Below are positions 1 through 11,800 of a DNA stretch of 64,000 nt, in pieces. Each line of letters begins with the position of its first letter. Position 1 is the first letter of the stretch. Under the pieces are notes generated by a model that worked only from the letters and a program-made list of their open reading frames with translations, did no database searches and was not told where the DNA came from. Both the position numbers and the translations under genes were made by a program. Where the stretch lies: NCBI GenBank assembly GCA_040954595.2, contig CM082588.2, positions 3,970,156 to 4,034,155 on the forward strand, in the 5' to 3' direction. The stretch comes from Balanoglossus misakiensis (taxonomy: Eukaryota > Animalia > Hemichordata).

Positions 1-187
1 GCGAGTTTTCTAGTTATGATCGGTTTGTGTTACAATTTAGCCTACACAGAATTCAAATACAATGAAACACAAGACGCTACAAAACAGGAAGATCAACCCA
101 AATTGCTTGATATATTTTTCATTACAACCTCGAGATACACAAGCGCAAAATCAATGAAAACGTCGGTATTTCAGCAATTACAAACCG

Positions 188-270
188 ACTACAGAGGGCG
201 CCAAGCCAGACCACCCAGCACAGCGAAATGCGCATGTGCAATGTTACCAAAACCAAACAAGATGGCGTCG
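188..270 (+). promoter_or_regulatory. Housekeeping-type proximal promoter motifs of SYF2
   Basis: YY1-like CAAGATGGCG overlaps the start codon (258-267), and an NRF1-like GCGCATGTGC lies at ~230-239. Motif match only. Confidence 0.4.
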
Positions 271-2234
271 GTGAGTAAAAAACACTTCCGCATTCACCAT
301 GTTCACGTTTATTTTGTCGTTTTTCGTGGCGGTACCTTAACGTCGAACCCTGAATTGAAGCTCAGTGTATGTCTGTTGATATAGAGTAGCCACCACGATG
401 ACAGGTTTATGTCGTTTGGGTATTTTCGTTCGGAATTCATTAAGTGTTGTTGCGATGTCGCAGTACATCATAGAAACTGTTCATATCATCTTCTTCCACT
501 GGGTACACATTCCAGACATCATCAGTCAGTGGTCCATCCACGTCAGCGGGGCCGTCGAGCAGTGGTGAACAAACAGCAGCACAGAAGAAAGCGGAACGAA
601 TGAAGAAACTAAGAGCATTGCATCTCCGAAGGGTAAATATCAAACAAGATTAGATTTTGTAGGCAAACACACACTGATCATGGGAGCAGACGCTTTCCAA
701 TCTCCCCATTCATGATTGTGATTGTTTACATGTACGTTTCTGTTGTCCAGAATGAAGCCCGTAAAATGAACCACGCGGAAGTGGTGGAGGAAGACAAAAG
801 AAACAAGCTGCCGGCAAATTTTGAAGCCAAACGAAAACGAGCTGAATGGGAGCTGGAAGACCAGAAGAAAAGAGCGGTAAGAGGGAAAGTTATCATTGGT
901 GCTTTTCGTCACCAGTGTTAAAAGAAACACTCTGCCAGGATACCCAAAGTCAGTTCGAATTTCTACACTCAAGCCCTGTCAAGATTGTAGATTTTTGATG
1001 ATGATGATGATGATTGGACACTATCTGATAGTATTGTTGGCATATTTGTTTTAAAAGTTGTCTTGTATTTTTCCTATAGGAAGCAGAGGCAAGAGGGGAG
1101 GATTATGACCGCACGAAACTCCTGGAAATATCAGCAGAGGATGCAGAAAAATGGGATAAGAAGAAGAAAAAGAAGAACCCAGACCAGGGTTTTGCAGGTG
1201 GGAATATGGCGCAGGAATATTTGTGTTTTATAACAACTTGCAGAATTTGCCGTCTATGTGGGTTTGACTGCAACACAAGCAGGTATCTTTATTGAGGGCG
1301 AATGCAAGGTTTCATGGAAGTCATTTTCTTGTGAAGTTGTTTTAAATCACGCACAACTTGTTACAAGTGGAACTTGTGGGATATGTTGACATGTATTTGA
1401 TTATTCCACTTACTAGATTACGAGCAGGCCACATTCAGGCAGTATCAGAGACTGACAAAACAGATGAAACCAGACATGGAGAAATATGACGAAATTAAAG
1501 AAAAGATGTAAGTTTGTGTGCGTGTATGGGCGTGAGGGTCTGGAGGAAATGGACTACACATATTAAATTTCATTCATTGATTTTTATACTTTTTTGAAGA
1601 TTCTTACTCATACTGTCACTTTTCTGTTGTTAACATTTGCCGTTTGTTTTCCAGAGGAGAAGATTTATATCCAACGGTTGATTCACTGCCACAGCATGAA
1701 CACAAAGACACGGAAGCGGGCATTGATAGGATGGTAACAGACCTTGAAAAACAGTGAGTATTTTTTCTGTTATATTTGAGACCCAAAATGAGAATCCTGT
1801 CTCTTCCATGTTAACATGAGGCTTTCCTCTGGCTGATACCAACCAGATTGCAGGCAAGCAAGTCTCCCTGTGTTCCAGTTTCCAGTGAAATGCTTTTCCG
1901 CACCATGCAACCACATTGCAATATTTGATGAGAAATGTTGTTGTAAATGTGTTGACTGATGTCGATTTTATTGGTGTTCATATCAGTGCTCGATTGCCAG
2001 TACCATGAAAATGGATCTGGGAGTGTAAATCAATTGCATTGACACTTTCTATTGAACTTTTCCTGCAGAATTGACAAACGAGCCAAGTACAGCAGGCGGC
2101 GGGCACACAACGACGAAGAAGACATCGACTACATCAACGAGAGGAACATGAAGTTCAACAAGAAACTGGAAAGATTCTACGGCAAATACACCGCCGAGAT
2201 CAAACAGAATCTGGAGAGGGGAACTGCAGTGTGA
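262..2234 (+). CDS. SYF2: Pre-mRNA-splicing factor SYF2, ~241 aa, 7 coding exons
   Basis: Exons 262-270, 516-632, 751-876, 1080-1197, 1417-1507, 1655-1753 and 2069-2234 are all GT-AG and phase-consistent. Translation: [130 protein letters not shown], which is the hallmark SYF2 C-terminus. Confidence 0.96.
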
Positions 2235-2240
2235 AGCACT

Positions 2241-2250
2241 TTTATTTATT
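2241..2250 (-). terminator. Candidate polyadenylation signals of the lectin-mucin gene (two overlapping AATAAA on - strand)
   Basis: Plus-strand tttatttatt at 2241-2250 is the first canonical AATAAA on the minus strand downstream of the stop at 2587. Confidence 0.45.
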
Positions 2251-2501
2251 TATCTCGTGAGGCAAAGGTTTCTCATACAGCCAGTGAAACTGCAAGCATG
2301 TCTGCCTCTCACATGTTTGAGATCAGTAGAGATGAAACTACATTGGCTTTTAAATTACTGAGTCTGTTTTAGTAATTTTTTGTGTTTGAAAATATTTTAT
2401 AAGAACCTTTGAGAGCATGAAAATCCAAGATATATCAGCTGATGTGTTAATTTTTTGTACAAGGATATAATTCAAATACATGTAACTGTTTAGAAACAAG
2501 A

Positions 2502-2507
2502 AATAAA
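2502..2507 (+). terminator. Candidate polyadenylation signal of SYF2 (AATAAA)
   Basis: First AATAAA after the stop at 2234. It is followed by ATTAAA (~2519) and GT-rich sequence (2540-2585). Confidence 0.55.
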
Positions 2508-2586
2508 TAAATGATACAATTAAACACAACACAATACATGTAGTATGTATGTTTGTATGCAAGTACACGTTATGTGTGTGTGTGAA

Positions 2587-5500
2587 TTATTCATTTGTTC
2601 TGAAATAAACATAACCTGCCATATTTAATAAGTCAGATTTTGAATGATTCTCGCTGAACAGTGAGCATACTTTCTGTTCGATGACCTGGTCACTTTCCAC
2701 ATGAAAACTCTTACACTCGCTGTGGCTCAGACACTCCTGAGCGCAGGAAATATGCGAAGTGGTTCTGGTTGTGTACAGTGGACTGGCGTTGACGATGGCA
2801 TCGCTCGCTTCCAAGAAGAACAGCCCAGATCTCCAGGCCCCACTCCGTGTTATGCTTGGAGCAGCTGTAAATAATAAATGAATGTGATATCGTTAAGGTG
2901 GAATGTGTCGCGAAAAAAACCCATCGAGACAGTGCCAAGAGCCAGGAGGACAATATGGTGTCATGGTGCAAGGGTTCATACATTATATTTCACACACGCT
3001 TCTCGCCAAACCGAATCATTGGATATACAAGTTATGTTTCACGATCCTCGTTCACTGCACTAGCACTCTTTCCGAGTTTTCATGCTTTGTTTACATACCT
3101 GTTGTTGGTTCAACTGTGGATAAACGAGTTGTAGGTGGTGGAGTGGTTGTCACAGTGGTGGTTGGTGCTTCGGTTGTCATGGTGGTGGTTGGTGCTTTGG
3201 TTGTCATGGTGGTGGTTGGTGCTTTCGTTGTGACAGTGGTGGTTGGTGCTTCGGTTGTCATGGTGGTGGTTGGTGCTTTGGTTGTGACAGTGGTGGTTGG
3301 TGCTTCGGTTGTCATGGTGGTGGTTGGTGCTTTGGTTGTGACAGTGGTGGTTGGTGCTTCGGTTGTCACGATGGTGGTTGGTGCTTTGGTTGTCATGGTG
3401 GTGGTTGGTTCTTTGGTTGTCATAGTGGTGGTTGGTGCTTTGGTTGTCATGGTGGTGGTTGGTGCTTTGGTTGTCATAGTGGTGGTTGGTGCTTTGGTTG
3501 TCATAGTGGTGGTTGGTGCTTTGGTTGTCACAGTGGTGGTTGGTGCTTTGGTTGTCATGGTGGTGGTTGGGGCCTTGGTTGTCACAGTGGTGGTTGGTTC
3601 TTTGGTTGTCACAGTGGTGGTTGGTGCTTTGGTTGTCACGATGGTGGTTGGTGCTTTGGTTGTCACAGAGGTGGTTGGTGCTTTGGTTGTCACGCTTGTG
3701 GTTGGTGCTTTGGTTGTCACGATGGTGGTTGGTGCTTTGGTTGTCATGGTGGTGGTTGGTTCTTTGGTTGTCACAATGGTGGTTGGAGCTTTGGTTGTCA
3801 CGATGGTGGTTGGTGCTTTGGTTGTCACGATGGTGGTTGGTGCTTTGGTTGCTGGGGTGTAGTAAGGATGTGACATGAAGTGAAAAACGAGTCTGCCATA
3901 CTTGGATGGGTGATTGTAATTTATAGGTCCCATGTTCACACATTAGAGATTATAATATACCAATTTCTGTATGTATGTGTGTGTGTCAGTCCGTGTGTGT
4001 ATGTGTCATCAGATTTGAACATATATAATTTATTCAGATATGGGCAAAGGACATTAAAATACTCACTGGGGATTTCCATTTTGCAAATAAAGTCTCGCTT
4101 TCCACTGCAATCATCGTCGTAGAATTCTCCGTTGGAAACAGTAACACAGTCTACGGAGGAACCACCGTCCGGCTCGTTGTTGGACGATCCATAATACCAA
4201 CTGGATGACGACGTGTGCCAATTGAGGTATGGGTTTGACTCACCGAAGATGTCTTTAAAGGTTCCTTCCGTAACGCTGTCTGTTATACCTACCCAGAACC
4301 TGTCACTGTGGGGAGGAATTCGTAGAGATGGGTATACAAAAATGAGAATTCCCCCCGACCCCACCCCCTCCCATAATAAACGAAAGCTCCCTTACCCAAT
4401 ATACGCTGCTGCAAATGTTTCTACATCTTCAACGGTGGTAGAATCAGCGAAGACGGCAAGTCTACCAAACTGATTTCGTACACAATAAGTGTCTGCTTGA
4501 TCCCAAGACCGGCTCAAGTCTACAACTGTGTAAATGTACCCTTGATATTCGTATTGCGGATGCCCTGTGTTTTTAATATTAAATATAGACAGGACAGATC
4601 ATGTGTCAAGAAAGTGTGAGTAAGCAATAGATCATTTTCTGAACTCCACGAGACCATACGAGACCTGCACACAAGACAAACAACACATGGTCCATTCGTT
4701 TTAAAAGGCACAGTATTTACATTGTACAAGTTTTGTTAAACTCTGCACCTGTTCTAGTTTCACACAAAATTCATGTATATCATTTGGTCGACATCACTGC
4801 AACAAAACGAATTTTGATGACGAAGATGACGAATTCTGTTACGTAATGAATTTTGGTGTTACGTAATGAAGTATGGCCTGCACATCCACACACCTGTTGG
4901 ATACTGCTGCCCAGTCAGTTCACACACAAACTCCTGTAGGTCGCTACAAACGAGGTCATAGAAGCACTGATATATGTGGGAGAGACCAACGCAATGCGGA
5001 CCAGCGTAAGGCGAACTGGAAATCCACGGCAGAAATGTTGTCGTATCCCCATAAACAGTTTGGTAGATGCCGTCGGTCGCCAGGTCATTGATGCCAATCC
5101 ATGGTCTGCTGGTATGCTGGCTGCATTAGAAAGTAACATTCCGAGTAAGATGACAGCCTGAGCTGTATGTGAGCACCAAATGAGCCACTTCCATGGCCCT
5201 TGAGCGACCCGGTATTTTATTGGTAAGTAATCTTTACATTATTCAATATTACATACAACATGCACCCTTTTGTAACAGACGAACTTGTCTTTGTTTTAGA
5301 ATGCATTAGAGAGCAGAGTTTCCTTGTTGGTTAGTTACTTCAGAGCTAAAATTCAAAATAGTGATCTCGTTCGAAATGCAGACTTACTCTAAATACGGGA
5401 ACTTGAAGATGCGCACTTCATAGAGCTCATAATCATCCGTTATTACGGCCAGCGTTCCGTAACCGTTAGCAACACAGTAGTCACGTGCGTTCTGCCAGGT

Positions 5501-8500
5501 CATCTTCGTAGTTATCAAGGTGTATAGCGATCCGCCATATAGAAATTGGTATATGCCTGAAATATTGATCAACCATTTCGTCATTCTACTCTAGAGAAAT
5601 ATAGAATACTGTACTTAGGAAAGCTCACACTGTATCAAAAGCACGGGGGGCCGGACGACACTCTGAAATAACACCTCGACCCTCGTATGTCATAAGTGAT
5701 CACACTTGTCCCATAGTTCTTTGTAACACAACACAACACAACACAACACAACACAACACAACACAACACAACACAACACAACACAACACAACGCAACACA
5801 ACACAACACAACACTCACCAAGAGTTTCACACGTTGGAGGATAGGTTTCCCAGTATCCATTGGTGCACAACATCGTAGACGAGCTGGACACTATCATGTA
5901 GCCTGGGTCGCAGGCGAATGTCAGTGTGGTGCCATGGGCAACCGGGAATACAGGGTTTGACGGATTTGCTATGTATCCATTGGTGATAGCTACTTCTCCA
6001 CAGGCGCCATCTTTAAGTGGAAAAAATAATTGCGCATTCCAGTGACCACTGCCGGCGTGCAAATATTGTATGAAATATGTCGGGAAAAATAATAATACCC
6101 TCCCTTGGACCCTTAAAAAATAGCACAACCCCATTTCGTTCCAACAGTCCCAATGATTTAAAATCAAGTAGTCCCCTATTCCAATGCCAAAATTTACCAC
6201 GACTGAAATAATATAGTACAGTGTATAGACTGCTCATGAACATACTCGCACTTTTCTTGCATATCGTTGCAGCATCATTATCGTATTGGGAGTCAGTTGT
6301 CTTCCACTTGTAGTCGTCTGCATCTATTGAAACCCTGGGCGAGTAATAGCTGGGTTGGTAAGTGCCCCAGTTGGCAAACGGCGCGCTCATTCCCCAAACT
6401 GTCTTAAATGCGCCGTCGACCTTCTCAACACCAATGCGCACCACGTCGGTGGCGCTGGAATGAATTAACACACAGTACATGTATTCAGTCAGTGAACCAC
6501 CCTGCATCGAAGTGCTTTCTGTGTCCACAAAAACCATCCGTCAGTAAAGATCAAGACTGTACCTGGGGTTAAACGGTTACTTAAATTGTAGGGGGGATAC
6601 GTGAGCCTTATAGAACGAAAACTTGGAAAACAAACGTGGGGTTTAACACGTTCGTACATGTACGCACGCGCATCAATCACGGATACTTCGGCTGCCATAT
6701 TGTCCACATGTGACCGTCCGTTTATACCTGTTCAGACAGAACTCGTGTGATAGTATATTATAACACACATACGAAAATTACACACGTTGATTTGATTACC
6801 TGGGAAATTTGCTGAATAGTGATACCACGTGGCTGTTTTCTGCACTGCTGGTGACGTCAACCGGGTAACCAAGGTAATGATCCTGGCAATAACTCTTTGC
6901 TAGTGACCAAGATAGGTAGTTTTCCGGTACAAGTTCGTAACAGAATCCGTTATATGGATTTTCACATGCTGAAAAAATAGAGAAAGTATATACACAAGCA
7001 CGAATGCGTCCGTGCATCTCAGGGGTAAACTTACCCCAAACGGTCATATGATCATTTTACAGAAACAACACTTTAATTAAGTCTTCAAAATGTTTTTCTT
7101 ATGAAAATGGCATATATACCTTCACAGATCGGCGGCAAGCGATCCCAAAAACCACCAACGCAAGTTATTTTTTGTGGTCCATCCAAAACATATCCAGGAT
7201 CACACGAATAAGTAACAGTTGTACCATTATCCGCAAGGCCCCCAGACGAATAGTCACTGTCGCCATACTGAGGGACGTAAACCCTGTCACACTTCTCATC
7301 ATCTGAAAAGTTTCAGATATCATAATGAAAATATCATTTACCATGTTCTGTCGAACAGATCTGAATTATATCCCATTGTCAGTTCGTTTCATGATGACAC
7401 AAAGTGGTCACCTTAATTCACTGACTTGAAATTTTGTGTTCTGCTATATATAGGCTAATATTTTTCATTATTATTATTAATATCTAAACTGATAATGTAA
7501 CTCTTCAGTCTTTGTGGAAGAATACAGAAACCACAACGACTCACTGACTCACTCACTCATTCATTCATTCACTCACCACTCATTCATTCATTCACTCACG
7601 CACCACTCACTCACTCACTCACTCACTCACTCACTCACTCACTCACTCACTCACTCACTCACTCACTCACTCACTCACTCAAATAAGTCTAATTCCTGTG
7701 CCTACTTCTAATCTTGCATACAGGATTATACTCCGCATAACAGTCCTCGTCTGCCCATTTTCCAAAACTGTCCATAGAGATACAATCCTCCCTTTTGAGC
7801 ACACTGTCATCTGGTTGGCCGGCTGCGAAGTTTCTGTACTCGAAGTTGTCATGCAGAACTGATCGATAGGCACCTTCCACACTTAAGTCGTGGATTCCGA
7901 TCCATACCTTTGTGTACCTGGTGATAAAAGTCAGTGTAGATGCGAGAGGCGAGAGTTCTATCGGAATTCTTAGCACTTGGTTATAAAGGGAAAGGTCTGG
8001 GATCTTGGGCGCTCAATAAGCGACACCCGTCATCAGCAAATATTGGGAAAGGTTCTTGTACACATGTGGAAATGATGGCTTGTCAGAGGAATATACACTA
8101 TCTGTTCACAAGTACATGTATAGGAAAATTCAAGTGCCACCTTCCAAAATACAGTGGAAGTCGTACTACATGTACTGTTCATGACCGACCCATCAGAAAT
8201 GCTGTTTCGGAACCCAACTACTAATTAAAATAATGTTTAAGAAATTCTTGTCCGCGATCACCCATGCCACAAATTAAAACAAGAAACACTTACGAGCCTA
8301 GGATACTCTTGACGTGATCATTCTCGTCTCCGGTGGTGATGTCGACCAGATGCCCTAATGTGGTCGCCGAATATGACTGGCAAGTCTGCAAAGCTCTCCG
8401 CCAAGACACTTTCCACGGGTAGATGACGTAGCAGTGGCCTTCAAATTGATTAGCACATCCTCCGGGTAGCAAGTAGCAGAGAAGTGTCAAGTTAGTTGCG

Positions 8501-8817
8501 GTTCCCAATCTCCTCTTTTCAAATTCAGACCCAGTTTAGTGGACAGAATACGCAATGCGCTAGTAATGAATATGCTTCCACAAGACCAGGACACATCTAC
8601 AAAAAAGTCGTCTATCAAAATATACAACGCTCGCTAAAATTTCAGCTTAAATACATAAATACCGTTATTTACTTATTTGCGATGGAACATTGGAAGGAAA
8701 AAACCTACCATGAGTTTCCTGGGTTTGTAGTAATACGGAAAAGACCATAAGAACGTAAACTACCAATTTGAAACAAGTTGGTCGCTGATACTCTTGATGC
8801 ATAGGCGACATATCCAT
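2587..8817 (-). CDS. Secreted mosaic C-type lectin / Sushi / mucin / PAN-apple protein, ~1024 aa, 13 coding exons
   Basis: Exons on - strand: 8817-8709 (signal peptide MDMSPMHQEYQRPTCFKLVVYVLMVFSVLLQTQETHG); 8459-8294 + 7917-7706 (CTL1, WIGI..QPD..EDC..WADEDC); 7302-7120 (Sushi, YSCDPGYVLDGPQKITCVGGFWDRLPPIC); 6968-6800 + 6454-6246 (CTL2); 6010-5819 (Sushi, FACDPGY..CTNGYWETYPPTC); 5556-5388 + 5120-4894 (CTL3, WIGIND); 4564-4396 + 4305-4067 (CTL4, WVGITD..EPD..DCV); 3851-3099 (Thr-rich repeat); 2864-2587 (PAN, SCAQECLSHSECKSF..VCSL). Total 3075 nt, frame intact across every junction. Confidence 0.88.
3145..3851 (-). repeat. Coding 27-bp tandem repeat, ~26 copies, encoding TT(K/E)(A/E)PTT(T/I/S)(M/V) mucin domain
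   Basis: Plus-strand unit like ggtggttggtgctttggttgtcatggt. It lies within one phase-1/phase-1 exon bounded by ccccag| and G|gtatgt. Confidence 0.95.
5725..5814. repeat. (AACAC)n microsatellite, intronic, abutting a splice donor
   Basis: About 18 pentamer copies, directly visible. Confidence 0.95.
7539..7680. repeat. (CACT/CATT)n tetranucleotide microsatellite, intronic
   Basis: Directly visible; degenerate at the left end and pure (CACT)n at the right. Confidence 0.95.
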
Positions 8818-11800
8818 GTCTGATGACTTATTCGTTTATGAGAAAAAACGTTGGTTGACTACAAGAGAAAGACCTAGACTATTACGTACAACTCTGACGT
8901 AAATGGACCTTGATACTCTAACGCTTTTCCGCTGTTTTCGTTTGCATCTTAAATATGAACAAAACTTTAATCAGGTCGGAAATGCAAATATGCTATGTCG
9001 ATTCTTTAGAGCGAAATAACGTGAACGGCAGCGCCCATTGCTTGTGTGTAAACTGTGATCGATATCGCTTTCACCTTTCAACGTTCACCAGGCAGCCAGG
9101 AGAGTCTCACGGCTGTGATTTGATCATCCGCTGCCTCGAGGCAACCCCGTCCCTGGCAATGTTTAAAACGCCCACTGTGTCAACCTCGTCGTCAAAATGG
9201 CATCGATCATATATAAATGTCTGGCGAAATAGTTCAGAACGCAATCCATGCACATCAAATAACATTCATTGATTATATACTCTGATTGTAGTGCACGGAT
9301 TTCTGCTCTAATTATTTACGTTTTGCATAACAATTAGACACACGTGGTGTATCTAAGTTACATTTGAAGATCGGTGTTCGACAAGGCCACTTAGTTACAT
9401 GTAGTGTACAATCCCCATAGCGGTTTGTTTTGTACAAACATTCAAATCGATCTGACTATATACCCCGCGCTCCCTTTTTATCGATTAACTCCAATTGATG
9501 TTGAGAAGCCAACGACTGAGCATTTCATAAATCTATGAACAGTAGGACAAGAAACCGGAGTTGATACATGCATGAGAGAAAAATACTAGGAGCCGAAAGT
9601 TTGAGTTAATGGGGTTTTAAAATCCAAGTGTGTATTGATCAAAGGGCGCAACAGCCTATACGTGTTCTGTTTGAAAAACCTCTAATACAAAACTCTTTGA
9701 TTTTAATTTTCAAACACAGTTGAAAGTCTACTAGGAATTCCAATCATATTTGTCACTTTCTTGACACAACTTAACGTCATCAAGTAATTCCACACAGTGC
9801 ATGCGTTGCGTTGTACAGACTTTCCTACTTTCTGTTTGTTGCAATCGATGTACGAAAAGATTCTATAGAAAAAAGTACAGAAAACACATTAGGTGAACGT
9901 AGGTACATTTGCTCGCCTCGACTGCCCCAATTTTTATTGTAGTAAGCTGAATTGTAAACACCATCGCAGCGACTAATTGCACCCCAAGCTGATATTATGT
10001 TTTAATTTGACTCATGAGCTATTTGTATGGATTTATTCCCTGAGACCTGAACAATTTTACTGTGTCTAATTTCCTTGTCCTTTTCAATCTGTTCCCATGC
10101 AATCTTGCGGTCAGTGGGTGTTGAATACTAGTATACAAAGGCCATAAAATGCTATTTCATCATAAAGTAAAGGGGTATTAAATTTTATCACATTAACAGT
10201 ACATGTTGCTAAGTGCTTGAAGAATGCGCTTTGCGTGTAACGCCTAATCCCCGAGAAGTGTACAAGAAACCGGTTCATAGCAGAATCACTTTTGCCTGCA
10301 CTTCAGAATATTATTCAAGGACATATATCCTCAAAAAACCTGAAGTTTACAACATGCATGCATCTGCTGACTTTTATTTATATTCCCTTGACGCCTATGA
10401 AGCAGTGAAAAGTATTTGAGCTCGCTATATTTTATATTTTTATGGATTATTACACAGGTATACTCAGTGCAGTTTTGACATACGACAATGACCTTGAAAG
10501 TAACCTCTCTCAATCATGTAATATTACATTTTCCTTATAATCACTCAACAATGGCAACTAACAAGGGGAAAATATGCTGAGCGTGAACGTGATACTGCGA
10601 GCGCCACCATCGCCAGTATGGAAACTTCCGACTTGGGATGTGCGTTTCTTAAAAAGAAAGTCAGAGCAAACAACGGTTCTAACGCTATCATGAATACAGG
10701 TTCAGCTATGCCGATCTCTACTCACGGTTAGCAAAGACAGACTTACAGCCATGTTTTTTAACATCATCTTAAACTCTGACGTAATATATACTATGTATTC
10801 AAAATAACACTTAGGATACGTGTGTGTGCATAATTGTTTGCATGTGAGGACATACGCGTTTATTATACAATGGCGAGCAATTATGGTCTGTTTGCGACTT
10901 TCGAAAATCACGTGAGATTCCCATGAGCCTCTTTTTACATGATTTTTACCCCAGGCAACTGGGAGATCTGTCCCAAGGAGCAGTGTAATTTCAAAGATGG
11001 TGTTTCATGCATTTTCACCCTGTATTATTTGCGAAACGTTCATACAACATGCCTTGTATATGATATCACACGGTTATCGTTATTATCATCCAAAGCACAG
11101 TTATGAATTTATCACCCTATTCTTAGAAAGAGTCTGAAAGATAAAACGGTTTCCAGGAATTAAGATATTACCGAGAGGTCAGTCCTTCAAAATCAATATC
11201 AAAAGACAATCCCAAGGGGTATATGTAATTTTTCTCGATTTTGCAGTTTATTTTTAAATTGATATAGGCCTACTTACCGTATAAAAATAGATCCTTGTTC
11301 TCTCTCGCATACATAACTACCAGCCCGCTATTGAACGAATCTCAGGCCAAACATCAAGGCTCTCAGTAGATCTCCACAGAATTACCGTCTTAAGTCTCAA
11401 ACTTAACAATTGTCTGTATGTCTGATAGTCTGTCTATGAATGTACCTGCCTCTCACATAATTACCTTTTAATTTAACGTTTTGAGTTATGAGAATATGAA
11501 CACACTGTGCATAGAACATTTATAGCACAGGAAGTAGAGCCCATCTCCAAGTATATTCATCGCATGACGTCACAATGCAAGTGCATCTGGAATTCATTAG
11601 GTATACCACAGACTGTTACTTTAATTTTGCAAGGTACTAAACGTACACCTAAAACTGTCAACGGTAATGCATATAAAGGAGGGGAAAATGAAAGAACGCT
11701 GTCGCAGGAAGTCACGACAGTTGTTCTCAATTCGCCGAGGAGAGCCACTCGGACGAATCATTGGATGTTAATTATTTATGCCGTTTGATAGGTTTCATTC

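Noticed and set aside
2903-3943. Val-rich (+), Trp-rich (+) and His/Asn-rich (-) ORFs over the 27-bp repeat
   Set aside because: Shadow frames of the mucin repeat. Only the Thr-rich minus frame fits the splice sites and phases of the flanking exons.
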